A DNA stretch of 64,000 nucleotides from Candidatus Latescibacterota bacterium (GTDB lineage Bacteria > Latescibacterota > UBA2968). Positions 39,335 through 49,848 of the stretch are shown here, one piece after another (positions within the stretch are counted from its first letter, which is position 1; each line of letters starts with the position of its first letter). Both the position numbers and the translations under genes were made by a program. The notes under the pieces were generated by a model, which made no database searches, was not told the origin of the DNA, and saw only the letters and a list, made by a program, of their open reading frames with translations. The DNA lies in NCBI GenBank assembly GCA_965205975.1, contig OZ242195.1, positions 128,001-192,000 on the forward strand, given 5' to 3'.

Positions 39335-40084
39335 CTATTTTTTTAGAACAAAATGCACCCGATCCGAAAATCTTGTCGGCGGTGCATATCCAAATCCCCC
39401 GTAAGCTCCTACCCTTTCAAAAGGCGATTTATCGACAATCTCTTCAATCGCTGCCAAAGAATAGATCCGCTGTTGATGTACTTCTTTGACCACTTCATCC
39501 GTGTCTTCAAAATGAATATCAAATTTGTTGTATTGTACACCCTCTTCGTAATAACTGTGCCGCCGATATGAAAATCCATCTCCCGAATCTTCTGACTCCA
39601 TATTGCAGAAGTATTGCCTCGAATTGCTCTCTGTACAGATATCGACCACAAAAACCCCGTTGGGATTTACAATGCGATGCACTTCATTCAGAGCACGCGC
39701 GATCATTTCAGGTGACATCAAATAGTTGATGCTATCGTACAAACACAACACCGCATCACACGGGGGCAAATCGTCTAAATCGAGCAAATTGCGATGGTAA
39801 AATGGAATGGGATAGTGCAACTTACGCGCCTTTTCTATAGCCACATCCAGCATTTCTCGGCAACCATCTGCACCCATTACATCGAATTTCTGACGGTATA
39901 ACTCAATTGCCAGACTGCCCGTGCCGCAGGCCAGGTCCAATACGCGGTTGGGTTTCACTTTGTGTCGCACGAGCAGTGATGAGACATAATGCGCCCAATG
40001 CACGTAATCCACATGTCGCATTACATAATCGTAAATGGTCGCCAAGCGGCTATACGGGGTTGCCTCAGTTTCGAAGTTTTGCAT
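39335..40084 (-). CDS. Class I SAM-dependent methyltransferase
   Basis: VLDLACGTG, CLYDSINY, GVFVVD. Confidence 0.92.
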   Translation of the reverse strand: MQNFETEATPYSRLATIYDYVMRHVDYVHWAHYVSSLLVRHKVKPNRVLDLACGTGSLAIELYRQKFDVMGADGCREMLDVAIEKARKLHYPIPFYHRNLLDLDDLPPCDAVLCLYDSINYLMSPEMIARALNEVHRIVNPNGVFVVDICTESNSRQYFCNMESEDSGDGFSYRRHSYYEEGVQYNKFDIHFEDTDEVVKEVHQQRIYSLAAIEEIVDKSPFERVGAYGGFGYAPPTRFSDRVHFVLKK

Positions 40085-40153
40085 AAAATGAAAAACGGCC
40101 AGCCCGTGCCGGCCTTTGCCTTTCTATTTTTTTTGTTCTGGCGGGATCGCGTT

Positions 40154-40426
40154 TTAAAAAAACTCTGGTGCCTGTGCTTCATCTCGAATAATGCGATAAT
40201 ATTCAGGTGCTCGTTTCCGCGATACATTACCTCGTGGAATCGCCAATACTTCAAATTCCAACAGACGATCGGAAAACGCAATGCTCACCCTTTGCCCTGC
40301 GCGCAAAACGCGACTCGCTTTGGCTTCTTGCCCATCTACTGTCACAATCCCATTGTCACACGCTCGTTTGGCTTCTGAACGCCGTCGCACCAGACAACAT
40401 GTATTTAGATAGATATCTAATCTCAT
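40154..40426 (-). CDS. S4 RNA-binding protein (Hsp15/RqcP-like)
   Basis: MRLD.YL....LVRRRSEAK.AC..G.V.VDG..AKAS. Confidence 0.9.
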   Translation of the reverse strand: MRLDIYLNTCCLVRRRSEAKRACDNGIVTVDGQEAKASRVLRAGQRVSIAFSDRLLEFEVLAIPRGNVSRKRAPEYYRIIRDEAQAPEFF

Positions 40427-40432
40427 ACTATC

Positions 40433-41674
40433 CTATTCCAACCGTACATCCACATATAATTTCGCCCGCGTTTCTGCCAGTTTCTCACGGAATAATTCCT
40501 GCAAGCGTTCCAGTCTGGCAATTTCCTCTAATGCAGTGGCCTCGTCATTGATCCGGAACAGATTCCAGCCGCCTTCCATTTTTACGGGTAAACTCACATC
40601 GCCCGGCTTGAGTGCCCGCACCACATCTGCAAATTGGGATGGGAGATCAGACCTGGGAATATTCTGCCAAAATCCGCCGCGCGATGCTGTTTCTTCAAAG
40701 TCGGAATGCTCGCGCGCAAGTTCGGCAAAGTCCGCCCCGTCTTGAATCTGTTGATACAATGCCATTGCCTTTTGCTGAGCGACTTTTTCGTCTTTTTGTA
40801 ATAAAAACAAAATATGACGCGCCCGCACCTGATCGCCCGAAATTTCCTCGACGAGAATAATGTGAAAGCCAAACTGCGATTGTACGAGGTCGCTCACTTC
40901 GCCGACTTTGAGACTAAAGGCAACGTCTTCAAATGCAGGCACCATGGTACCGCGTCCAAAAAAGCCCAAATCCCCGCCTTGAGACGCGCTGCCAGGATCT
41001 TGTGAGTATTCTTTTGCCAGCGCTGCAAAATCTTCACCTGCCCGAATGCGTTCCAAAACCGCTTCTGCCTGGGGGCGAATTTTGTCCTGCTGTTCTGTCG
41101 ATGCAGCAGGTTCAATAAAAATATGACTTAACGAAATAAAAACTGATTCACCGCGGCGGTATTTTTCTTGAAATTCCTTCATGTCCCGGGGCGACACACT
41201 GACCTGTTGCACCAGCATTTGACGCATACTGTCTTCTAAATACTGATTGCGGATTTGCTCCCTGTATTGATCTCGCATCTGTCGCTCGGTCAATCCCTCC
41301 TTTTTTAGTTCTTCGGCAAATGTCGCCGCGCCAAACTGTTCCTTAACGTAGCGAATCTGCGCGCGCACCGTCTCTTCCACGCGCTCGTCATCTACCTCAA
41401 TGCTGTCTTCTCGCGCTCGGACCAGTAATAAGTTGCGTTGAATTTCATTTTCCAGAATCTTATTAAACATATTCTCAAGCTCTGCCTGTGGCACGGTTCT
41501 CACATCAATTCTTCGAGTGACCAATTCCAGGCGTAGCTTGTTTTCCACATCGGATCGCAACACAATTTTGTCATCTACCACTGCTATAATTTTATCCAAT
41601 AAGACAGGCTCTGCACGCGCTGTGCCCGCGAGCAGGAATAACCCAATTAGCACGTTGATCAATAGCGTTTTCAT
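40433..41674 (-). CDS. surA: SurA-like chaperone/parvulin PPIase
   Basis: DKIIAVVD N-domain plus two parvulin domains ([29 protein letters not shown]). Confidence 0.88.
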   Translation of the reverse strand: MKTLLINVLIGLFLLAGTARAEPVLLDKIIAVVDDKIVLRSDVENKLRLELVTRRIDVRTVPQAELENMFNKILENEIQRNLLLVRAREDSIEVDDERVEETVRAQIRYVKEQFGAATFAEELKKEGLTERQMRDQYREQIRNQYLEDSMRQMLVQQVSVSPRDMKEFQEKYRRGESVFISLSHIFIEPAASTEQQDKIRPQAEAVLERIRAGEDFAALAKEYSQDPGSASQGGDLGFFGRGTMVPAFEDVAFSLKVGEVSDLVQSQFGFHIILVEEISGDQVRARHILFLLQKDEKVAQQKAMALYQQIQDGADFAELAREHSDFEETASRGGFWQNIPRSDLPSQFADVVRALKPGDVSLPVKMEGGWNLFRINDEATALEEIARLERLQELFREKLAETRAKLYVDVRLE

Positions 41675-41719
41675 ATCGATAAATTCCTCGAAATTGGTGA
41701 GACGTGAGAAGCCCAGTTC

Positions 41720-42577
41720 TCACTGTGCTCTATTCAATTGCTTCCAATCCACTGACCATTCAATCCGCTCTTTGAGTTCGGTCAGCAATTTGGCGCGTTG
41801 CTCGCGTCGTCGTTCGGTCAGGATGCGTTGCTGAATCTCGTTGCGCACATCGACCAAATCGCGTATTGAACCCTCGTTGTCCCGATCCATTACCTCAATG
41901 ATATGGTAGCCCAATTCAGTGCGTATGCGTATCCGGTGCCCCAGTTTGGCTTCCCGACAGGCCTCCCAGAAAGAGGTGGTGACCATATCTTCGGTAAAAT
42001 ATCCCAGATCGCCGCCATTTACGGCCGACTGATCAATAGAAACTTCGCGTGCCACCTGTTCAAAAAACTCACCCTTTTGCAGCCGGTCCCACGCCCGATT
42101 CATTGCATTCCTATCTGCCACAACGAGATGCCGCGCTCTGAGTTCGAGTTGATTGCGTTCAAAATCTGCTCGATGTTCTTCGTAATAGGCGAGAATTTTA
42201 TCCTCTGAGATTTCGGCGTCGCGTGCGTATGTGCGGGTCATTAATTCGTTTGCCAACAGTTGTCTAACAGCGCGATCAATGCGATCCGATAGTTCGGAAT
42301 CCCGGTCGAGTTTTTGTCGCAGGGCTTCTTGGTGGAGGAGTTCTTCCTCAATCCAATTTTCGACCAATCTTTGTTTTTCTTTAGGCGAAAGTGTGCCTGC
42401 AAACGGGGCGGGAATACGCTTCTCCAATGCTTCTATGGTCAGATAGCGATTTCCCACTTGTGCCACGACGGAAGTTTTTTGTGGCCTCTCACAACCCCAT
42501 ATGCCAATCAGGCAGATTATTAAGCTGATTTTCAAACACCGCGCTCGTTTCAAAACGCGATCCCCCATCGCGGTCAT
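41720..42577 (-). CDS. Parvulin-type PPIase lipoprotein
   Basis: Lipobox IWGC, RARHLVV, GGDLGYF, LGYHII. Confidence 0.88.
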   Translation of the reverse strand: MTAMGDRVLKRARCLKISLIICLIGIWGCERPQKTSVVAQVGNRYLTIEALEKRIPAPFAGTLSPKEKQRLVENWIEEELLHQEALRQKLDRDSELSDRIDRAVRQLLANELMTRTYARDAEISEDKILAYYEEHRADFERNQLELRARHLVVADRNAMNRAWDRLQKGEFFEQVAREVSIDQSAVNGGDLGYFTEDMVTTSFWEACREAKLGHRIRIRTELGYHIIEVMDRDNEGSIRDLVDVRNEIQQRILTERRREQRAKLLTELKERIEWSVDWKQLNRAQ

Positions 42578-42641
42578 ATCCCCGCATGTGGCTCTAAACT
42601 ATTGACAATAAAAAAGGTTCCGACTAATCGAATATACGCCT

Positions 42642-45600
42642 TCAAATTAGGCTCTGCAACACATTTTTAGCCGATTCTAACCGCGATTGTGGTCCCTTGC
42701 CCATTAGCGCGACTTCGATTTTTGGCGGATCTCCCAGGGCAAATTCCAGGGGAAGTGGTGATTGTGTCACCATCCGTTCAATATCCGTTCGCATCAGCGG
42801 TTTGTCTGGCGACAGGGTCATTGTCATGATCTGTCCAATTTGCAACTGCGACAACCTGAGTTGGCGTGCCAAGATTTTGACCTGTAAGATGTCTAATAAT
42901 GCAGCTGTGGGATCGGGCAAAGGTCCAAAGCGGTCCGCGAGTTCTTCCTCTATTGCCAGGACTTCCACAGTTTGCCGTATCTGGCCCAATCGCTGATAAA
43001 ACTGCATTTTTTGATCTGTATCCGGAATATAGTCGTCCGGAATATACGCCGAAACGGATATCTGTACATCTGGCTCAATCGCGGGTTCGGTCTCATCGCC
43101 CTTAATTTGCCGCACGGCTTCGTCCAGCAATCGCGTGTATAAATCAAATCCCACGGCTGCGATATGTCCGTGTTGCTGTGATCCAAGCAAGTTGCCCGTG
43201 CCCCGAATTTCCATATCCCGCATTGAAATGTGGAAACCCGATCCCAAATCCGAAAATTCTTCGATGGCCCGCAATCGCCTTACCGCTGGTTTTCTGAGTG
43301 CTTGCCACGACGGTACAAATAAATACGCATACGCCCGCTTATTCGATCGTCCCACCCGGCCGCGCAATTGATACAACTGCGCCAATCCGAGGCGATCTGC
43401 CCGATTTACGATTAGCGTGTTCGCGTTGGGAATGTCCAGTCCGGATTCCACGATCATGGTGGAGACCAGAACATCGTATTTGTGCTCGAAAAAGTCCATC
43501 ATCACTTTTTCGAGTTGCCGTTCGGGCATCTGGCCGTGTCCCATACCAAAACGCACCTGTGGCAATAGGCGAGTAAGAAAACCCATCATCGCGTGCATGG
43601 ACTGGACCCGATTGTGTACAAAATAAACCTGTCCATTGCGATCTACTTCCCGTAAGATCGCTTCGGCTATGCGGTCTTCTTCAAAGGCCAGCACTTCAGT
43701 CTGAATTGGCAATCGGTCTTTGGGCGGGGTTTGTATGACCGACATATCGCGTGCGCCCATCAGCGACATGTGCAGGGTGCGCGGAATTGGCGTGGCGGTG
43801 AGCGTCAATACATCCACCAGACGCCGCATTTCTTTTAATCGCTCTTTGTGCCGCACCCCAAAGCGGTGTTCTTCGTCTATGACCAGAAGGCCGAGGGATT
43901 TGAAGTTGACATCTTTTGACAATAACCGATGCGTACCTACTACAATATCTACGGTACCTTTCTTCATCGCCTCAAGAGTTCGCACTTGTTCGGCCCGCGT
44001 ACGGAAGCGGCTCAATACCGCTACATGGATGGGAAATTCGGAAAACCGTTCGCAGAATGTGCGATAATGTTGCTGCGCCAAAATGGTTGTGGGGGCGAGT
44101 ACTGCTACTTGTTTGCCATCTAAGATCGCCTTAAACGCCCCGCGAATCGCCACTTCTGTTTTGCCATATCCCACATCGCCACAGATCAACCGGTCCATGG
44201 CGGACTGTGTTTCCATATCTTTTCGCACGGCGTCAATCGCTTCTTGTTGATCTCGGGTTTCGCGATAGGGGAACGAGGCTTCCAATGCGTTCATTTCTGA
44301 TCCATCAGGTGAAAATGCCGTGCCCGGTTGCGCTTTGCGTTCGGCGTATAATGACACGAGTTCTGCTGCCATTTTGAATATCGCTTTGCGCGTCTTTTCC
44401 TTTAGTCTCTCCCATGCTACTGTACCCAATTTGCTCAATACGGGTACTGCGCCATCTTGTCCGGAATATTTTTGCACCTGATTCATCTGATCTACCGGCA
44501 CAAAAACCCGATCTCCATCCCGATATCCAACGGTCAGACAATCGTTGGCTATGCGGCCTATTTCAATTCGCTCCACGCCTTCAAATCGACCGATTCCATG
44601 ATCTACATGCACGACAAAATCGCCGCGCTGAAGAGCGGACACTGTCTTGATGGGCTGTGCATCTTGAAAGCGGCGATACCGTCGTCTGCGATGTACGCGG
44701 CTGTAAATTTCGTGGTCATTGATCAAAAAGACTTTGCCGAGACGGTATGTAAATCCGGATTGTAGTGTGCCCACATACAGGGAGACGATATCGGCACTTT
44801 CTTCCAGAATTTCTTCCAATCGCGCTTTTTGCCCATCACTTTCACAAAGAATGACCACTTCATAAGCGTCCAACCAGTACTTTCGCAAATCTTCTTTTAA
44901 TAGCTGTACATAGCCTTCGTAGTGTCGCCCACTCTGCCCACCTAATTCTACCACTTCTTCAGATATTCCTCCCAGTGCGCGGTTCAAGACCCGGGGCATG
45001 TGTTCCAGTTGCCGAAGCATGATTTCCGGTTGTCGGAGTACGCACCGCGCTGGCAGGGGTTCTGTTTCCGCCCGCCGTTTTTTTTGTCGCTGCGCGATTT
45101 GCTCACATGCGCGCCATGCGTTATCTGCGGCAGTAGCGATGCCATCCGGGTCATCGAGGACGAGCCAGGATCCTTCGGGCACGTAATCCAACAGGCCCGT
45201 TCTCTCGCCGTATAACACACTCAGGTAATGTTCCTGTCCTTCAAAAATGCCTTCGCGCTCCAATAAGTTTCGCACCTCGGGCAACTCAATGCATAGCTCC
45301 CGTTCTGCTATTTCCAGATTTTCCAAATAAATATCTGCCATTGTCAGCGGGAGTACGCTTTCCCGACATGGCAAAATTCGCGTTTCTTCCAATTGCGCGA
45401 TAGACCGCTGGGTGCTCAAATCAAATGCCCGGATAGACGAGATTTCATCGCCCCAAAATTCCAGCCTGACCGGGTGTGCATTGCCAAATGAACAAATATC
45501 CAGGATGCCGCCGCGCATCCCGAATTGCCCCACACCTTCTACAGTTGTTACCCGTTCGTATCCGATTTCCACCAGATGGTCCGCGAGATCTAAAGGGGAA

Positions 45601-46049
45601 ACTTCCTGCTCCAGACGAAGCGTTTTTACACTCAAGTCAAAGAGGTCTGGAGGTAAGGTGTGTCCCATCAGGGCTTCGATGGATGTGACCACAATGCCAC
45701 CGGCTTTTCGGTGCAACTGATCCAGCGCCTCCATTCGCAATCCCACCACATCGAGATGCGGAGAACGCCCGTCAAAATGAGCTACATCCCAACTCGGAAA
45801 GTAGCCCACATGTTCTTCGTCTAATAGCCGTTCCAAATCATTGCGCAATGCCTCGGCGCGGTCCTCATCTGCACTTATGACGACTACCGGGCCAGGTACG
45901 GTTTCTTCAATCCACGCGATGGCAAATGCCGATAGCGATCCGGATCCTCCGCGCATGGTTACGACCCGCTCTCCCGATTCCAGTTTTTGCGATAGGTCCT
46001 TAAATGGCGTCGAGTTTTTGATTCTGTTGTACAATCTATCAACGGACAT
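42642..46049 (-). CDS. mfd: Transcription-repair coupling factor
   Basis: RGGILD, VVHVDHGIG, CGDVGYGKTEVA, DEEHRFG, TATPIPRT, QLRGRVGR, TRCF C-domain. Confidence 0.98.
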   Translation of the reverse strand: MSVDRLYNRIKNSTPFKDLSQKLESGERVVTMRGGSGSLSAFAIAWIEETVPGPVVVISADEDRAEALRNDLERLLDEEHVGYFPSWDVAHFDGRSPHLDVVGLRMEALDQLHRKAGGIVVTSIEALMGHTLPPDLFDLSVKTLRLEQEVSPLDLADHLVEIGYERVTTVEGVGQFGMRGGILDICSFGNAHPVRLEFWGDEISSIRAFDLSTQRSIAQLEETRILPCRESVLPLTMADIYLENLEIAERELCIELPEVRNLLEREGIFEGQEHYLSVLYGERTGLLDYVPEGSWLVLDDPDGIATAADNAWRACEQIAQRQKKRRAETEPLPARCVLRQPEIMLRQLEHMPRVLNRALGGISEEVVELGGQSGRHYEGYVQLLKEDLRKYWLDAYEVVILCESDGQKARLEEILEESADIVSLYVGTLQSGFTYRLGKVFLINDHEIYSRVHRRRRYRRFQDAQPIKTVSALQRGDFVVHVDHGIGRFEGVERIEIGRIANDCLTVGYRDGDRVFVPVDQMNQVQKYSGQDGAVPVLSKLGTVAWERLKEKTRKAIFKMAAELVSLYAERKAQPGTAFSPDGSEMNALEASFPYRETRDQQEAIDAVRKDMETQSAMDRLICGDVGYGKTEVAIRGAFKAILDGKQVAVLAPTTILAQQHYRTFCERFSEFPIHVAVLSRFRTRAEQVRTLEAMKKGTVDIVVGTHRLLSKDVNFKSLGLLVIDEEHRFGVRHKERLKEMRRLVDVLTLTATPIPRTLHMSLMGARDMSVIQTPPKDRLPIQTEVLAFEEDRIAEAILREVDRNGQVYFVHNRVQSMHAMMGFLTRLLPQVRFGMGHGQMPERQLEKVMMDFFEHKYDVLVSTMIVESGLDIPNANTLIVNRADRLGLAQLYQLRGRVGRSNKRAYAYLFVPSWQALRKPAVRRLRAIEEFSDLGSGFHISMRDMEIRGTGNLLGSQQHGHIAAVGFDLYTRLLDEAVRQIKGDETEPAIEPDVQISVSAYIPDDYIPDTDQKMQFYQRLGQIRQTVEVLAIEEELADRFGPLPDPTAALLDILQVKILARQLRLSQLQIGQIMTMTLSPDKPLMRTDIERMVTQSPLPLEFALGDPPKIEVALMGKGPQSRLESAKNVLQSLI

Positions 46050-46080
46050 AATTTTTAACTTTTCCTCCCAAACAGTACAC

Positions 46081-46121
46081 GCCAAAAAGCTCGACACATT
46101 GTATGCGTCGAGCTTTTTGGC
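46081..46121. terminator. 15-bp-stem hairpin/terminator downstream of tRNA-Asp
   Basis: GCCAAAAAGCTCGAC-loop-GTCGAGCTTTTTGGC. Confidence 0.8.
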
Positions 46122-46125
46122 AAAA

Positions 46126-46203
46126 TGGCGGGGTAGACGGGGCTCGAACCCGCGACCACCGGCGTGACAGGCCGGTACTCTAACCAGACTGAGCTACTAC
46201 CCC
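46126..46203 (-). tRNA. tRNA-Asp(GTC)
   Basis: GGGGTAG acceptor/CTACCCC-G-CCA, D arm GCTC/GAGT, anticodon loop CTGTCAC, T loop GGTTCGAG. Confidence 0.97.
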
Positions 46204-46243
46204 AATGTGTAAAACAATCTTCAAAATTCCATGAAGGACCGAA

Positions 46244-46272
46244 AATTTAACAAGGTGTCTTTGCAGTGTCAA
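46244..46272 (-). promoter_or_regulatory. sigma70-type promoter of tRNA-Asp
   Basis: TTGACA-N17-TAAATT. Confidence 0.7.
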
Positions 46273-46435
46273 GCAAATTTAACAAATCACAGAGTAATCA
46301 ACGGACAAGCCTCAAACTAACTATCTTTCAGCATAACAATTCACTATTTGTGTGCACCTTACTTGAGAATTGCGTAATATCAGTATCTTATTATGTTAAG
46401 ACGATTTTGCGCCAAAACTCTCAAAGGAGAATTTT

Positions 46436-49400
46436 ATGACTCGACGCGATGCTGTATGGGTTGTTTGCTTCCTGATCGCAGGTGCGCTCGGTCTCACCTG
46501 TTATATCCAGTTTTTTGACCGCGCGCAGCCCGTTGCCTCGCTCAATTTTCGCGTGGATCGCGAACAAGCACATCAGGCTGCCGAGGCGTATCTTCACCGC
46601 CTGGGTTACGATCTCACAGATTATGAAAGTGCTCAGGTTTTCTCTTACTCCAGTCTGCCCCAGGTCTTTCTCGAACGCACCCTGGGCCTTGAGGAAGCCA
46701 ACCGCCTCGTGCGCGAATGGGTCTCGGTATGGTACTGGAACATCCGCTGGTTTAAGCCGCTTCAAAAAGAAGAACTCCGCGTGCGTATTGATCCCGGCGG
46801 AAGAATTGTAGGGTTTACGCACAGCATTCTCGAATCTGACGAAGGCGCGAGTCTTTCAGAAGAAGATGCCCGTGTTATTGCGGAGGTTTTTTTGACCGAT
46901 GTGCAGGGCTTTCAACTCGATGATTACGAATCCATCGAAGCGTCGAGTATTGAGCGTCCCAATCGGATGGATCACACCTTTACTTATCGAAAAAAAGATT
47001 TTGTCTTGGGCGATGATGGGCACTACCGTTTGAGCGTTACGGTTAAGGGTGATAAAGCAGGCTATTTTGCCGAATACCTCAAAGTGCCCGAAACATTTTC
47101 GCGCAATTATCGAGAAATTCGCTCGCGTGCGGGCTTACTTACAAATATTGCTTCGATTTTCTTTTTCGCACTGGGCATTGCAATGGTTGTCGTGCTCGTG
47201 CGAAAATATCGCCAGCACACATTGATATGGCGCGCTGCTCTCGCCGTAGGCATTCTCGTAGCCGCCACCAGTTTCCTCGGTGTCATCAATGGCTACCCGC
47301 TTACGCGCTTCGGTTACGATACCACGCAGTCATTTGTTTCCTTTATTCTTACCTTTATCTTCGGCGGTCTGTTGAGTGCCGTGCTCAGCGGGATTATTAT
47401 CGCGCTGTCCGGCGCAGCCGGGGGGGCTGCCGCTCAGGATGTAGAAGGCTGGAAAAATCCACTCGCGCGACTGTCTCTGCGCGGCTGGCGATCGGCGAAT
47501 TTTGCGCGCATTACCCTCATCGGTTACGGACTTGCATTTGCACACCTGGGATATGTCACCATCTTTTATATTTTGGGCAATGACTATCTGGGGGTCTGGT
47601 CTCCCGCGGCGATGACACAGTACAGCAATACGTATAGCACATACTTGCCGTGGATCTATCCTTTGCTTATCGGTCTCCTCGCCGCAACTATGGAAGAGTT
47701 TTTCTTTCGCCTGCTCGCCATTTCCCTGCTCATCCGGTATTTAAAAAGCACCTGGTTGGCCGTTCTCATCCCCGCGATTATATGGGCTTTTTTGCATGCG
47801 AATTATCCGCAGGAGCCTATTTATATTCGCGGTCTTGAACTCACCGTAGTAGGGGTCATATTTGGTATTGTGTTTTTGCGCTACGGTGTTTGGGCAACCA
47901 TTATTTCGCATTATGTGTACAATTGCTTTCTCGGCATTTACCCGATGGTGCAGTCCGATAGTCTCTACTTCAAGGTCTCGGGCATTCTGGCGGTCGCGAT
48001 TATTTTTATTCCGGCCATTCCCGCTATTTTTGGTGTGATCACAGGGCGGTATAAAGAGGTAGAGGGGCCTGAAGAGGTGGCTCCCCCTGAGCTGCCAGAG
48101 GATACAGCACCTGAAACAGCAATGCCCGAATCCGAACCACCCTCTGAACCCGAGGTCGAACGCAAAACCCCTTCGGATTATCTCATTCCCAAGAGTGGTC
48201 TCGTCGTTTTTGGCGTTCTGGGTCTGATCGGTTGGTCCGTGTATTTCATGTCCGACCTTCCGGGATTTGCCAAATACGCCCGCGAGTCCATTATCACGCG
48301 AGCCGAGGCGATTGAGAAGGCAGAGGATATCCGGCGTCAACTCGGACTCGATCTCGAAGGCTATCAACGCACCACATCGTTTTCCAGCAGTTTTAGATCC
48401 GGCCATTTTACACATCTCATCCGAAATGTCGATCTGGCGCGTGCAGATACGCTCGCTGCCGAGCACACAGCCTCCTGGCGCTGGAGGGTGCGATGGTTCA
48501 AACCTCTGGAAAAGGAAGAAATCACCATCAGTATTGATGGCAATGGCGATTTTTGCCGCATATCGCATTATGTTCCCGAAAGTCGGGAGGGCGCAGAACT
48601 CAGTACGGAAGAAGCGCAAAAGATCGCCGGGGCTTTTCTGTCCGAATACTTACAGCGCGATGTGACAGATCCCGCACTTTACAAACGCCTTGAAGCCCGC
48701 TCGCAAAAGCGCGAAAACCGAATGGACCATAGCTTTGTGTGGGAGCGTACAGATATCAAAGTTGAAGAAGGAGAATTTCGTATTATCGCCTCTGTGCAGG
48801 GCGATCAGATTGGGCATGCATATAAAGCCTACAAAGCACCCGAAGAGTTTTTGCGCAAATTGCGAGAACGCACGGCCAAAAGTACGATTGTTTCTACTGT
48901 CTCGACAATCGCAGTTCTTGCCACCGCTGTGCTCGCCATTATTTTCTTTTTGCGCGCTTATCGCGATGGACATGTCAACTGGCAATTGCCCATTCGTGTT
49001 GGCATTCTGGCTGGTCTGTGTTTTTTCTTCGAAAGACTCAATAATCTACCTGTGTTCTATAGAGGTTATAATACCAGTGAAGCGATGAGTACCTTTCTCG
49101 GCGGTGAACTCATTGGTCTCGTCATAGATCTTGTTATTGCTGCGATTATGGCTTTTTTATTATGTGCATTTGGCGATACGATGTATCGCCGCGAACGCCC
49201 CCAAGAGATGCAAATTTCCGATTGGATCGATGTGCTTCGTTTGAAGATAAATAGCACAGCACTCTGGTGGCAGATTGTCTTTCTCGCTATCTGCTATTTT
49301 GGGATTACCAGAGGTAACAGTATTTTTTCGTCTTATGTCACCCTCACCTATCTCGGCGACTACCTCGGTGCGGGTGGTGGTGCGCCTCCCGAAATCAACA

Positions 49401-49834
49401 GCTATTTCCCCGCATTTGGCGAACTCATTGATGAAGTTGGCAGTATGCTCATAGCTCCCTTTGCCATTCTGGGTATTCTGTTTGTCTGGTGGCGTGTGAT
49501 AGGCAAGATAAATCTGCTGATTCTCGGCGTAGTGCTCGTGCTTATCTTTCAATCTGTGGTCTCTCCAGCGAAAGACTTTTACCACGCAGGTATTCTTCTC
49601 GCTAAAAGCATTCCATATTGGATACTTATGGCTTTCCTCATTTTGAAATATATTCGCTTTAACTTTCTCTTTTACGCCGTAACCCTCTGGTGTTCAATTA
49701 TTTTTGTTGGCGTTCGCTATCTCAAATACGATCCCAGTATTTACCAGATCAATGGCATTCTCATGATTCTTTTTGGCTGCGTTCCCCTCATTCTCGCCGT
49801 TCTGGCCTGGTACAAAGCGCGATCTACGGCGTAA
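46436..49834 (+). CDS. Large CPBP (CAAX/Abi) intramembrane protease with internal duplication
   Basis: MEEFFFR, WAFLH, HYVYN CPBP motifs; duplicated extracytoplasmic domain (RWFKPL.KEE twice). Confidence 0.85.
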   Translation: MTRRDAVWVVCFLIAGALGLTCYIQFFDRAQPVASLNFRVDREQAHQAAEAYLHRLGYDLTDYESAQVFSYSSLPQVFLERTLGLEEANRLVREWVSVWYWNIRWFKPLQKEELRVRIDPGGRIVGFTHSILESDEGASLSEEDARVIAEVFLTDVQGFQLDDYESIEASSIERPNRMDHTFTYRKKDFVLGDDGHYRLSVTVKGDKAGYFAEYLKVPETFSRNYREIRSRAGLLTNIASIFFFALGIAMVVVLVRKYRQHTLIWRAALAVGILVAATSFLGVINGYPLTRFGYDTTQSFVSFILTFIFGGLLSAVLSGIIIALSGAAGGAAAQDVEGWKNPLARLSLRGWRSANFARITLIGYGLAFAHLGYVTIFYILGNDYLGVWSPAAMTQYSNTYSTYLPWIYPLLIGLLAATMEEFFFRLLAISLLIRYLKSTWLAVLIPAIIWAFLHANYPQEPIYIRGLELTVVGVIFGIVFLRYGVWATIISHYVYNCFLGIYPMVQSDSLYFKVSGILAVAIIFIPAIPAIFGVITGRYKEVEGPEEVAPPELPEDTAPETAMPESEPPSEPEVERKTPSDYLIPKSGLVVFGVLGLIGWSVYFMSDLPGFAKYARESIITRAEAIEKAEDIRRQLGLDLEGYQRTTSFSSSFRSGHFTHLIRNVDLARADTLAAEHTASWRWRVRWFKPLEKEEITISIDGNGDFCRISHYVPESREGAELSTEEAQKIAGAFLSEYLQRDVTDPALYKRLEARSQKRENRMDHSFVWERTDIKVEEGEFRIIASVQGDQIGHAYKAYKAPEEFLRKLRERTAKSTIVSTVSTIAVLATAVLAIIFFLRAYRDGHVNWQLPIRVGILAGLCFFFERLNNLPVFYRGYNTSEAMSTFLGGELIGLVIDLVIAAIMAFLLCAFGDTMYRRERPQEMQISDWIDVLRLKINSTALWWQIVFLAICYFGITRGNSIFSSYVTLTYLGDYLGAGGGAPPEINSYFPAFGELIDEVGSMLIAPFAILGILFVWWRVIGKINLLILGVVLVLIFQSVVSPAKDFYHAGILLAKSIPYWILMAFLILKYIRFNFLFYAVTLWCSIIFVGVRYLKYDPSIYQINGILMILFGCVPLILAVLAWYKARSTA

Positions 49835-49848
49835 ATTTGGAGGTATCT

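Noticed and set aside
46126..46203. Integrative element at tRNA-Asp
   Set aside because: No integrase or duplicated tRNA 3' end; the tRNA is followed directly by a hairpin and mfd
47741..48619. Long antisense ORFs (e.g. 47741-48619, 61099-61923, 23005-23751, 30342-31094)
   Set aside because: Lie fully opposite well-supported genes and show no recognisable motifs
49690..49848. N-terminal extension of the class V aminotransferase
   Set aside because: Overlaps the CPBP gene end; GTG 49849 has a good GGAGG site
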